Part shown: positions 13,070 to 25,660 of the stretch, piece by piece | Numbering within the stretch: the stretch's first letter is position 1 | Layout of the letters: every line of letters begins with the position of its first letter | Source of the DNA: Mobula birostris | Taxonomy: Eukaryota | Length of the DNA: 64,000 bases | Direction: 5' to 3' | NCBI RefSeq assembly: GCF_030028105.1 | Contig: NC_092400.1 | Span: 15,066,001 to 15,130,000 of the forward strand | The notes under the pieces: model-generated | Told to the model about the DNA's origin: nothing | The model's input: only the letters and a program-made list of their open reading frames with translations | The model's database searches: none | Position numbers and translations under genes: made by a program

Positions 13070-15860
13070 TGTGGAGCGGAAGATCCCAGAGTCATTTGGA
13101 CTTTATGCAGCAGTTTTTAAAAAGTGAGTGGGGCTTGTCGGGACTTGTCTGCGCAGCGGGAGATTGCTTGGGTTAATAGTAACTTAGCAGGGACCAATAA
13201 GAAAGGAGGTTTAAGCGGAGTGGCCATTGTTGGAGCGGGCAGTGTTAGAATGGTCAGGCTTGGGTGAGAACAGGCAAAGGCTAGAACTTAAGTTTGAGAA
13301 GTTAGAGGTGTAGCAAGTGCAGGCAGGATGGTAGTTCAGGAAGTGGAATGCTTCTCCGGTGAGGTGTGGGATTTCAGGGCACATAAGAGTGCGCCCAACT
13401 TCAGCGCCTGACTGACAAGGTCAAGGAACTGGAGATGGAGCTGGCTGTGCTCAGGGCCACCCAATGAAAACTTCCATTGATGACACTTTTACTGAGGTTG
13501 TCACACCCAGAGTGCAGGCTTTAGAAAGTAGATGGGTGACCACCAGCCGAAGTAAGTATGCAGTCAGTGCAGTGTTCCCCTGTGGCTGTTGCCCTCTGCA
13601 ACAAGCATGTCCCTTTGGAAACTATGGCGGGGAATGACCTACCAGGGCACCAGTGGCTTTGTGGCTGCCTCTGAGGCTCAGTGGAGAAGAGTAAAGTCAG
13701 GCAGAGTGGTAGTGATAGGAAACGTGATCGGGCAATGGACAAGAGATTCTGCGGCCGGGTAAGAGAAGTCAGGATGGTGTGTCGCCTCCCAGGTGCGAGG
13801 GTCCAGGATAACTCGGAGCAGCTGCAGATATCAAGGGGGAGGTGAGCAGCCAAAGGTTGTGGTACACTTTGGCACCATTGTCATGGGTAGAAAGGGGGAA
13901 AGGAGGTCCTGTGCAGTGAGTAAAGGGAGTTAGGGAAAAGGCTGAAGAACAGAGCCTCCAAGGTAGTCATCTCTGGATTACATCTAATGCCTTATGCTAA
14001 TCAGGGCAGGAATAGAATGATGATACGGATGAACGAGTGGTTGAGGAAGTGGTACAGCAGGCAGGTTATCAGATTTCTGGATCATTGGGATTTCCTCTTG
14101 GTATGACCTGTACAAAAAGGACAGGTTATACCTGAACCCTGAGACCAATAGCCTTGTTTGTAGTTTGGGTAGAGCTGTTGGGGAGGGTTTCAAATAAATC
14201 GGCGGGGGATGGGAACTGGAGTGACAGGGCTGAGTCGATGCAGTGTGTAGTGAGGCTCTGAGGAAAGACAGGCAGATGAAAGGGTATAATTGGAGTCAGT
14301 GGGATGAATTGAAGCGTAACATGGGGTCAGAATCGAAAAGGGTGATGAAGACAGGACTGAAGGTGTTATATTTGAATGCGCGCACTATACGGAGTAAGGT
14401 AGATGAACTTGTAGCGCAGTTGCATATTGACAGTTATGTCATTGTGGCTGAATGAAGCTCATAGTTTGGAGTCAAGCATGCACCTTGTATTGAAAGGACA
14501 GGCAGGTAAGCAGAGGGAGTGGGGTGGCTGTGTTGGTAAAAAGTGAAATCAACTCTTTAGAAAGAGGTGACATAGAATTGGAAGATGTAGCATCCTTATG
14601 GGTAGAGTTAAGAAACTGCAAGGGTAAAAGGATCCTGAACAGTACCAGGATTCAACGGGAAATAAAAAAGGGATGTGATGAGGGGAATGTTATGATAGTA
14701 ATGGGGTATTTCAATATGCAGGTCAATTGGGAAAATCAGATGGGTGCTGCACCCCAAGAGAGGGAATTTGTAGAATGCCTATGAAATGGCTTTTTAGAGC
14801 AACTTCTGGTCAAGGCTGCTAGGGGAAAAGCATTTCTGGATTGGGTATTGTGCAATGAACCAAATTTGATTAGGGAGCTTAAGGTAAGGACACCCAAAGG
14901 AGGCAGTGGTCATAACATGACAGAATTCACCCTGCATTTTGAGAGGGAGAAGGTAAAATCAGATGTTTCTGTATTACCATGGAGTAAAGAGAATGACAGA
15001 GTCATGAGAGAGGAGCTGGCTGAAGTTGATTGGAGGGGATTCTATCAGGAATGACAGCAGAACAGCAATGGCTGGAGTTTCTGGGAGTAGTTCGGAAGGT
15101 GCAGGATCGATACGTGTCAAAGATGAAATGCTCTGTGGCAGCCATGGCCAACAAGGGAAGTCAATGACAGCATAAAAGCAAAAGAGAGGGCATACAATAT
15201 AGCAAAAATTGGTGGGAAGTTAGAAGATTGGGGAGCTTTTGAAAACCAACAGAAGGCAACTAAAAAACCACAAGGAGAGAAAAGATTGAACGTGAAGGTA
15301 AGCGAGCCAATAATATCAAAGAGAGTATCAAATGTTTTTATTTCCAGATATAAGGCATTGGTCAGACTGCACTTGGAGTATTCTGAGCAGTTTTGTAAGA
15401 AAAACCGTGTTGGCCTTGGAGAGGGTCTAGAGCAGATTCATGTGATTTATTCAGGAAATGAAAGGGTCAATGTATGAGGAGCATTTGATGGGTCTGAGCC
15501 TTGGAAAAATGGGGGGGGGCGGGGTGCATCTCACTGAAACCTATCGACTATTGAAGGGCCGAAAGGGTGGGTGTGGAGAGGATGTTTCCTGTAGTGGGTG
15601 AGCCCAGGACCAGAGGGCACAGCCTCTGAATAGCAAATTCCAAAATCTAAACATCAATTGATGCTTTACAGTCAATGAAGCATCGTAGATGTATAGTTCA
15701 TGTTACAGTACAAATAGTCAAAATATATATATGTACACAAATTACTGATAATTACATTAGGAGAATGAGGTTAGGAGGGAAATGGATCAGCCATGGTGAA
15801 ATGGCAGAGTAGGCTCGATGGGCGGAATGGCCTAATTCTGCTCCTATGTCTTATGGTCTA
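13070..15860 (+). mobile_element. Degenerate CR1 LINE retaining 5' region, ORF1 (SGNH-esterase type) and APE endonuclease, with the RT core deleted
   Basis: ORF1 remnants V(C)RLPGARVQD, VVVHFGT and VVISGL. Endonuclease remnants LYLNARTIRSKVDEL, LWVEL, MGYFN (GDFN) and SGHN (SDHN). The sequence jumps at about 15340 to YKALVRLHLEY; CR1 3' end at about 15860. Confidence 0.85.
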
Positions 15861-16789
15861 CAAGCCTGATAAAAATAAAAACTGCTGTCACTATCCGTAG
15901 AATGAGAAACAATTAGTATATTGGGCCAAAGACCTATCCTTGGAAGTGTGAGTGATTAAAAAGGCCATTCCTGATGAAGGATCTTTTTCCAGCATTTCCT
16001 GTTTTTATTTCCGATTTTCGGCATCTGCAGCTTTTTTTTTGCACTTGTTTTATGTCTGAGTTGGAGTGGGAGATTTTCAGTAATTTTAGTCATTTGGAAA
16101 TACTTAACAATTAATTTCCTCTGGGTTCTGCTGCCTTAACGGTTGTCTCCAAGTTATGACATTCTTTCTGATTTTAACTGTAACTGACATTAACATCACT
16201 AATGAGGCGTGTCTCATAGAAACAACAGGCCAGTCGGAGTTAGAAAAGGTCAAATGTGTTAATTATTTATCTTTCCCTCAGAGTGAAGACATTCTCCATA
16301 CTCTCGTGTTACTGAAGTAATCTTGGTATTTTAGAGCATGGTTTGGATAATGCGGTGCAATAATTTTAGTGTCATCAGCAAATCTGACTTGCCGGTGATC
16401 ATTTGTGGGATCCAAATTGTTGATCTAAATTCGCCCTCCTATCCCCAAGTTTTCAAACCGTTGTGAGACTCGGTTTAACACTTCCTCTTGAATATCTTTC
16501 ACAAATGTTCAGACCCTGGCTCTATAGCCTTCAGTTAACTAGACAACTTCTGTGTAGAGCTTTAACAAGGAAATCTGAAGTCCTGAGTAGGCGAATGAAA
16601 TACCACAGTAGTAATCTGATGAAGCCAAGGAGGCACTGCAAACTGGACTTGACTTAACCCTTTTTGATGCGTGCCTACATTTGCCATGAGAGAGGTATTA
16701 CTACAGACTGTGCTGAAGACTAGGTTACACCATATTATTTGATAGGTGAATGAGCCTCCTAGTGTCTTCTTGTTTGTTAATAACCACAG

Positions 16790-17900
16790 AATTATACAGC
16801 ATGGAAGTGGCCTCTTCAATCCAAATTTGTCCCTGCTGACCAAGTTGCCTACCTGAGCTAGTCCCATTTGCCTGTGTTTGCCTATTCTCCTCTAAACTTT
16901 TCATATCCCTGTACCCGTCTAAATGTCTCATGAGCAATGCTCCATCTAATTTGCAATGGCCAGCGCGTGCAAGAATCTTGCGGCTGTGCAATTTGTTTTT
17001 TGCCCAGTGACAACAGCGTGTGTGTACCGAATAATTTTTTCAATAAAAACAGTATAAGTAAGCCAGTTCTAAAATCTCCAGACAAATCATTGCAAACTCC
17101 ACATTGCCAACCCCATCCTTGTCAGAAACCGGAAAAGGAAACGTAATTGTGTATGCTCGTGAAATATACTGAGCTTGCCAACGAGGTGGAGGAAGACAAC
17201 CTTTTGAACACAGTTTAAATTCCTTTGTGCACTAGTAGTAAAAGATGTGTGCACACCTTCGAGGAAACGTTGCTTGCAAGCGGTATAATTATACCCATAT
17301 CCACCACTTCCTCTGGCAGCTTATTTCACAAATCGACAACTTGCTGTGTAGAAATGTTGTTCCTTGGGTCACATGTAACTCTTCCTCCTCTCACCTAAAT
17401 CTTTGCCATCCCCTACCTTGGGGAGAGAGACTGTGATGATCCATCTTATCTATGCCCCTCGTGAATTTATGTACCTCTCTAATGTCACCCCTCAGTCTCC
17501 GATGCTCCAGGGCCATAAGCCCAGTCTATCTAGGCTTTCCATATGACTCAAACCCTCTAGTCCCAGTGACATCTTGTGAACCTTTTCTTCACCCTTTTCA
17601 GCTGAGTGACATCCTTTCTGTTGCTATGCAGCGGGCACTGCGCACAGTTGTCTGTCATCTTGTATAGTGATAATACGATGACTCAGCTCCTGTACTCTTT
17701 GCCCTGACTGATGAAGGGCTGGTGTGCCAGACGCTTTCTTCACCACCTTGTCTACCTGTGTCACCATTTTCAGGAAACCATGTAGTTGTATCCCCACGTC
17801 TTTCTGCTCTATAACGTTCTTCAAGGCTCTGCTATTCCCTGTGTCACTCCTGCCTTGCTCTTGCGATAGTTTGCACTTGTCTGAGTTGAGTTCTAGCACG
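16790..17900 (-). mobile_element. CR1 LINE 3' fragments
   Basis: ORF 17624..18004 contains DKC..QKDVGIQLHGFLK..QVDKVVKKA; CR1 3' end on the minus strand near 16790. Confidence 0.7.
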
Positions 17901-19806
17901 AGGTTTGTTCTCGGACTTCTAGGCCAACCCAGTGCCCAGTGATTCCTCCAAGACCTTGGCAGCCCATCATAAATTCCTTCCCTTCTTTGTTTTCTCATTT
18001 GCACTGCTGAATGGCCAGCATTGCCCGTCTACTGACAATAGCTAAAGCACGCTACTAGTTTTGTAATGGTCTCTGAACTAAAGGTAATAGGAAAAGTGTC
18101 CGTGACTACTCCAGTCAAGTTTAGTATGTCCTTCTCATTATCACATATTAGCCAGCAGTCTGTTAATCTTGGTTGTGTACTTCGCTTTGAAAGTTGAGAA
18201 GTATAAAAATTAAATACGGCTCTCATCCATCCCTGAACTCAAGGCTAAGCCTAAATTATTTATTTCAGTTCCTTAAGTGGGTCTTGAACCATAACCTTCC
18301 GGCTCTGGGTTAAGCAGGACATCAGTCAAGTTGACATCAGAAATGAACTCCAGTTGTGTCTGTATCTGCTTTCTATTAAATAGGTTATGTTGGTTTGCTA
18401 TATCCCATTACGCTAAATGTTTAAGACATTACATATTCTCAGGCAGTCCAGTTAAGTTTTCACATCTGTTTTGTCGTCTGCAAACATCTTTGGGATTTAT
18501 CTTTCTTCTTATTAAAAGTTATAAAATTCTATTGTTGTCTTTTTTTTTCCCCAAAGTGTATCCAGACTAAACCAGGCCATTGATTCTTAATTTTGCCCTC
18601 ATTGAGAAGAACTGATCTAAATGTGACTCTCTTGAACGGTTTGTCATAATTTAACAAAAGTTTACAAAATATAGAACAATGTATAATGTTGAAGATATTT
18701 CACTCTGCACATATTTTGGATATCCTTCTTGTATTTTGCAAGTACGTTTGCATTCTTCTCTTGCATTTGAACAAGCAACCAAATACTTTTGGTTATACAC
18801 AGCAGTATGTTCTATTGTCATTAGAAATGATTGATGCACTGTATTTTCAGCCAATATAGAAGAATAGCTTGACTGAACAGTCAGTTCATGTTTCAATATT
18901 CAAGGCATCATTTAAAAAGAAGCTCCACAACCAATTCATATTTTAAATAATTTATTCACAATGTAATTTCTTGGGTTATACATTTTAAACTGCATCTTGG
19001 TAAAGTTCATAGAAAAACATTATAAGAAAAATTAATCTGTGCTTCAGTTCAGTTCCTGATTGTGACACTTCCTAACTACAAAAATATAACCTGCCACCTT
19101 AATGTAAATGTGGAGTGAAGCTACACTGATCAAGGGATAGAATTTATTGCCAAATCCACAAATATAACTTCCTCGCACTTCAGAATTAGGTTTATTCTCA
19201 CTGACTTTTGTCATGAAATTCGCTGTTTTGTGACAGCAGCGTAATGCAAGATACAGAGTATTACCATAAGTTACAATAAACAAAAAAAAAAAGCAAAAAA
19301 AGGTAGGGTGAGGTAGTGCTCACCAGACAGTGATATGACTAGTCAGAATGCTCCCCCGAAACACTCGCCACTCGCCTGTTCTATGTTGAATTTCTCAGTG
19401 GAACTTTGGGCGTCCTTAACTCTTAAGTTCCTGTCGGGAGTAAGTTCTTCAACCCCATTCTGGGCAAGGAAGAATCAACTACATGGCTTTTGATCAATTG
19501 GCAATCGTTTAGTTGGGTCACAGGATAAAGCTATTATTGGAACATGTAATGTGATGATAACTCAGCTCACGTTCTATGGTTTGTATAAATAAGATCCCTT
19601 ATACTAAAGGAAAGGAACCTTAATGACTTCTTTAGTTTTTCAACATGGGAATCCAACATTTTGATACTCTACAGCAGCAACTAATATTGTACTTTCAGCT
19701 TTAGTAAAAATGTCTAGCTAAGTACTGCAGCCCAGCAGTCATAATCAAATAAAGCCAATTTGTGTGTTAATATTTATTGCTGTTTGTTTCCTCTCCTCTT
19801 CCTCAG

Positions 19807-19871
19807 AATTACTATACTTGGGACTGGTGCAAAATGGCTGGCTGTTCTGGAAGAAAAAAATCTGAAGCCAG
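19807..19871 (+). CDS. AACS: AACS coding exon (approx. exon 11): ITILGTGAKWLAVLEEKNLKP
   Basis: Long polypyrimidine tract plus cag acceptor, donor gtagta at 19872; 65 nt, phase 2-1. Confidence 0.95.
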
Positions 19872-19895
19872 GTAGTACTTGTTAATATTGATATC

Positions 19896-20327
19896 TGTTG
19901 TGATGTAAACATAGTCAGCAGAGAGATACTGAAGCTAGTGGATATAAAAATGTTTTATTTAACAAAAACGAGCAACAAGCATCATATTGAGACACTTTTG
20001 GAAGCAGAGGCCAGCTCAACCCAGTATTACGCGGCATTTTATATGCTAAATATCAAAGGTAACAGTATGACAATTCTATAGTTACAGTGTATCTACAATG
20101 TTTCATTTGAATTACATTTAGTTTTCACACACCTCAACACTCCAGACACCCAAAATAAATGTTAATCAGTGTTGTCTGGTTTGCAATCAACTCTAGTCCA
20201 CATCTCCATGGGTACTATTGTTCAGGACTGCATTTTAAATCCAACTTACAATCCACATTCAGGTTTGAAGATTGGCTGCTGGTCAAATTAATATTTGCTA
20301 TATACCCTAACTCCAGAATACACTCTA
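19896..20327 (-). mobile_element. Probable solo LTR, antisense to AACS
   Basis: 5-bp direct repeat atatc at 19891-19895 and 20328-20332; left end TGTTGTG. Minus-strand TATAAAA (20037-20043) is followed by AATAAA (19954-19959). The right terminus is eroded (..cactcta). Confidence 0.65.
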
Positions 20328-22192
20328 ATATCTAAGAAAAAATGTTCAGCTTGCTTTAATAACATAGGTTATGTATTCTTGATTGGGTTTTCAAATCCAG
20401 TTCAATAACATATCACAAATCACAATTTGTTGATCTAATTTATGAATTTGCAATTTGTTATTGTATTATTCTGGAATCCGCTGTTCTGTCTTATAGATGC
20501 CTGAATTTGCCCACAATTTCTCAGAAGTTTTATAATATCTGTACACATACATGCAGTTTCTCATTAAAAATGGTTTAGTCCATTTTAGATTGCACTGTCA
20601 AGTAATGATCATTAGGAAATTGGGTGGGCAATTCCATAGCATTCACCCTGCCATGGTGTCGTGTGGCAACAGAGCAGCATTCATGAACCTAATCAGGAGA
20701 TGCACAGCACTTGCTCCTTCCATTGCTAATTGATATTGGAGCTTAGGGGGCAATTTGGTGACCTGTTGTTATTAATGGAAGGGAAAAGCAGCCCATTATA
20801 GAGGGTGCAGGAATGAGACTGCAATAAAAGGAGATGTACCGTCACTGCGTTTCCTTGCTTCACTTTTCAGTGGCCAGCAGAATGCCACATAATGCACTGG
20901 ATTTCTCTTGTCAAAACCATTGTTTTGTTGCTGAGCTGCATGCAGGGGCTACAGACCCTTGATTGGCCCACAGTTTGTGGCACAGTGGTGAATCAAGCTG
21001 TACCATCACATGTGGTACGCTCAGGAAAGCACCCCCTCCAACCCCGCCCTCCCGCCTTCATGGCAGCCCTGCAAGCTGTGACAGTTCAGCTGATGTGCTT
21101 TGCAATGGACTGCAACAGGGCAGCCACGAGCTCCGCAGACATCTGTCATTGGGAAGCACTTACTCCTTGTACGGGTGTCAGTGCTACACGATTGAAGGCT
21201 GAACTTCAATTTCTGTGCAGATATCTTCTCTAGCAACAGTTCACCACACAGATCTTGATGCTGCTTCTGTTAAAATCAAACAGCACAAATGCTTTTATTC
21301 TGTCAGTTCTTAGAATATTTGGGAGTCCTTTCAAATTGTTCGCTTTCAAAGATCAGTGGTTAGCCAATCAGTTCTAAGACTACAAAGAATCACGAGTGTA
21401 GGCATACCTACTTCAAAGCAGGAGAAATACTGCGAACAAAGGCCTTGATGCTCAAACATGACTAATTGTTTTAAGTCAGAATTATTTTGATTAATTAATA
21501 ATAATGGATGTGCGTGGTTGATCATGAAACATTGAAGTTTCCAATGTGACCCTGAGCAATTAGTATTAATTGAGAAAAATTAGGCCAAACCTGCCATGAC
21601 CAGTAACGAATTAAAAATAGAACGTTGTTGATCTATTCAGTATCATTATACTGTGCAGACTTTGTTTGTTTGATAGAGGAATTTATATATCCATGTTATA
21701 ATGTCGAACAGATGGAAGTGCTGCTGCTTGGATCTCATAAAGTTCATCAGAACTTAGAATTCAATAACTACTACAGTTCTTGATTCTAAAATGGGTGGGT
21801 TCCAATCTGGGGTCCATAGACCCCTTTCTTGATGGTATTGGTCCATTGCAGAAAGTGTGCTGTAAAGTGTGATTAACACTTGGTGAATCTTTTATTTCCA
21901 GATGACTTAATTGTAATTGGATCTTAATACTGAAGGCAATTGCTGTGCCACTTCTGATTGTCAATTTAAGGACACAAATTAGTTACGTTATGGGAAACTT
22001 GTGAAAGAAATCAAGTTATAGGTAATGAAGTTGCTCACAAGACAATGAGTAGATATCACTGAAAATTTAAAACTCTATTTCTGCAGTAACGTATGCCCTA
22101 TAAATATATACCATTTGTAAGTGTTACTTCTCACGTGAATGTTAATAGTTCAATCTGAAATTAACATTTTAATCAAAATTTCCTCCTTCGAG

Positions 22193-22315
22193 GTGAAACT
22201 CACAGTCTACAGACATTACACACTCTCCTGTCAACTGGATCCCCTCTCAAACCACTGACGTATGATTATGTCTACAAGCACATCAAAAGTAATATCCTGT
22301 TGGGCTCAATCACAG
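22193..22315 (+). CDS. AACS: AACS coding exon (approx. exon 12): [40 protein letters not shown]
   Basis: Acceptor tcctccttcgag, donor gtgaga at 22316; 123 nt, phase 1-1; STGSPL motif. Confidence 0.96.
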
Positions 22316-23480
22316 GTGAGATTTCAGACAATCAGTGTCGTATTTATATTAGACAGTCCATTTGTATCCATGCTGTATTATATGATGCAGCTCAGGTCTC
22401 AAATGTATTTCATCCTTGAAGTAACATCCTCACCAAGGCAAGAACACGGTTAAAGAAGTTCATGAGTGGAATACTAATTTAATGTGGCATTCTGTCATGC
22501 ATAGCAATGTGTTCGACAAAGCAAAGATTGATGACCAAGTCCTACTTTTCAATAAGTTCATAACTTAAGCTACACGACCAAAGCAACACATTGAGGAGAA
22601 ATCAAGGGACATTTTATCATCAAGATGACCCTTATTGTAAAAACTGGAACAATTTTTTATTCTTTTCAGGGATAGGAGGAAAGAAAATCTGTAAAGCCAA
22701 TGATATTAACATATGCCCAAGTCAGTTGATTTTTAGTGAGGTTTGTATATCTTGTGGAGAACATCAGTTTATTTTAGTGAGGTAAATCTTAAAAATGAGA
22801 CGCATGGTATATTTAAGTACTTTAGCTACAATATAGTGATATGATAATTTGAAACCAAATTTGCAGGTTCCCAACTTTTTTTTATATTTCTCATGTCGAT
22901 CCACATCTGGTCTTCCCTTGATAAGGATGACTAGATAAAACTGCGCACAGCAAACTGCCATTCAAAGTGAAATCTTTTACATGGATTTAGAAAAGAAGTC
23001 CTTCTGGTAAGAAGGAAAGGTTTAATTGTGCTTCATCAGTTGATTCGATGAAATGGTGTTTTGGATAGGCATAAGGAGGGAGAAAATGCAACGTTTTGTC
23101 CATTCAGTTTTTGTTCGGGTGAATAATTTGTTCTCATGTCAATTTGGAAGTCAGCCAAACAATGTATTCTGATTGAAAAGTGTTGAAAATTAAAGTCTTG
23201 GCAGAATCACTTTGTGACTTTCCTTAATGAATTTTGCACAGGTTATTGTTTATTAGGCTTGAAGAAACTTTGTATATTAACTAATGTTTGCAGTAATTTG
23301 GTGAATATTGTTGTCACTAGTGATCGTAAATATCCATTTCTTGCCATCCAATGGCCAAGCTTTCAAATTTTTCTTGCTGTGCATCCTGAAATTGATAATT
23401 GAAAGCTACTGCTGGGATTCCACTACTTTTGAAGGGGAATAAATTTCCACAATCTTCAAGAGAAATAGACTGATAGTATA

Positions 23481-23941
23481 CACTCAGTGACCACTTTATC
23501 AGGCACCTTCTGTACCTTATAAAGTAGCCACTGAGTGTGTGTTCGTGGTCTCCTGTTGTTGTAGCTCACTTTCAAGATTTGACGTGTTGTGCCTACAGAG
23601 CTGCCGCTCATTGGATTTTTTTCCCCTCACCATTCTCTGTAAACTCTGGACCGGGGTTCCCAACCTAGGGTCCACAGACCCCTTGCTTAATGGTTTTGGT
23701 CCATGGCATTAAAAAAAAGTTGGGGACCCCTGCTCTAGAGGCTGTTGTGCATGAAAATCCCAGGGGGTCAGCAGTTGCTGAGATACTCAAATCACTCCAT
23801 CTGGCACCAACAAAGTCACCTGGATCACATTTCTTCCCATTCTGATGTTTGGTCTGCAGTTAAACCTCTTGACCATGTCTGCATGCTTTTATGCATTGAG
23901 TTGATTTGTACAAGGATACCTAATAAAGTGGTCATTGAGTG
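23481..23941. mobile_element. Tc1-type MITE (TA TSD) carrying a nested 80-bp hAT MITE
   Basis: TIRs cactcagtgaccactttatcagg / cctaataaagtggtcattgagtg with TA on both sides; an extra internal TIR copy at about 23512-23537. Confidence 0.85.
23652..23732. mobile_element. ~80-bp hAT-type MITE
   Basis: ggggttcccaacct...agttggggacccc; imperfect 8-bp TSD ctctggac / ctctagag. Confidence 0.8.
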
Positions 23942-24749
23942 TACCTTGTCAATAGATTGTTGAATCTCTATACATTGGAACTAAAGGTTTCCTATTGCTA
24001 TTACATTTCATATTTAATATTTCCCCAGTAGGTCAAATTTTCAGTGAAGATAATCACAGTTTACTAAGACGATGTTTATTAAGACATTTCTCGTAGCTCT
24101 TTGTTTTTGTGACAAGGGGAAATATATAGTGCCTTGTTCTGAAACAGAAGCCGTTAGATGTTCATGTCGAGCTGAGAGTTTGGAAAGAACATGTGACATT
24201 GTATCAGCAAAAGTACTTTGAAGAGAATGGCATCTGTTCCTTTGTATTGAAGTTGCTTCAGCTTCATCAGTCAGATAGAAGGTTCAAGTCAATGTTTCAT
24301 GAAAGATTAAAAATCAACCAAGTCTCAGATAACATTTCAAGTAATATTGATCAAACTTCAGAAGAATGCCATGCAATCAATACACCCGTTTTTAATTAGA
24401 GCATAAGCTCTAAAAGAACACCGAGTAAGCCTTAAATTTTTTGAAAGACTTTTAACTATCTGTTCACGTTCTGATGCTAGGTTCTCTTAAATATTCTGTA
24501 CATTAGATTATTTCACAAGAATCCTGTCAGAGAAGAGAACTCCCAGACCGCACTCTCTAAATGAATACCTGTATTGAAGAAGAGCCCTCGAATAGCGAGA
24601 TGTCAGCTTTGTCCATAGAACAACTGGAGATGCGCCTAAGTTGTTTTCTCAAGATTAGGTTAATGTCACAGAGGAGAACCAGAAGCACAGTTTCACCTAC
24701 CAGTCACCTTGCTGGAGTTTGTCAGCTTAATCTTGATTGATTGCCCTTG

Positions 24750-25660
24750 TTGAGGTGATGGATTCGAATTTCACTTCAGAAATTTAAACACTGGGTGGAG
24801 TCTCCAATGCCATATGAAGGGACAATGCATTCTTGGAGGAGTCATCTTTTAAATCAAAGCCCTGTTGCCACTTCCAGTTGGATCTCAGGTATCCATGATA
24901 TTAACTTGAAAACTGGGGTCTTCATGTGGTTTCCCTGATCAATATTTATTCTCCAACCAACCTTCCTGGAGAACAGATTACTTTGTTGTATTTCATTAGG
25001 ATTTTGAGGAGATTTGGTTTGCCATTGAAAGCACTCAGACTTCTACAGATGTACAGTGGAGAGCATTCTGACTGGCTGCATCACTGTCTGGTATGTGGGT
25101 GGGGGTGTCTACCGCACGGCATCGAAGTGAGCTGCAGAGAGTTATGAACTTAGTCAGCTTCACCATGGGTACTAACTCCCGTAGTATCCAAAACATCTTC
25201 AAGGAGCGGTGCCTCAGGAAAGCGGCGTCCATCATTAAGGACCCCCACCACCCAGGACATGCCCTCTTCTCATTGCTACCATCAGGAAGGAGGTACAGAA
25301 GCCTGGAGGCACACACACAATGATTCAGGAACGGCTTCTTCCCCTCTGCCATCAGATTTCTAAATGGACCTTGAACCAACAAACACTTTTTTTTCCTGTT
25401 TTTGCACTATTTTAAATATAACTATTTAATATACGTATATTTACTGCAATTGTGTTTTTGTCCTGTATTTATCATGTATTGCTGCCTCTAAATTAACAAA
25501 TTTCACAACATAGGCCGGTGGTATTATACCTGACTCTGATTCTGTTATTAATTTGCTGTGTGGGAACTTTGTACAAGCTTTCCTATTACAACAAAGGTCG
25601 CTGTTCAGAAGTATTTTGTTGGCTGTACAGACGTCTAGGATGCCGTGGAAGTCGAGCACC
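24750..25660 (+). mobile_element. DeuSINE (SacSINE1/AmnSINE1-like), old, split by a Rex-type insertion
   Basis: Deu-domain-like caatatttattctccaaccaac...acagatta before 24980; resumes after 25545 with ttgctgtgtgggaactt...ttcctattacaaca...ttggctgta. Recognised from memory of the consensus. Confidence 0.6.
24981..25545 (+). mobile_element. Rex1/Babar-type LINE 3' fragment
   Basis: ORF 25093..25323 has CLRKAASIIKDPHHPGHALFSLLPSGRRYRSL; tail ctgactctgattct. Confidence 0.85.
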
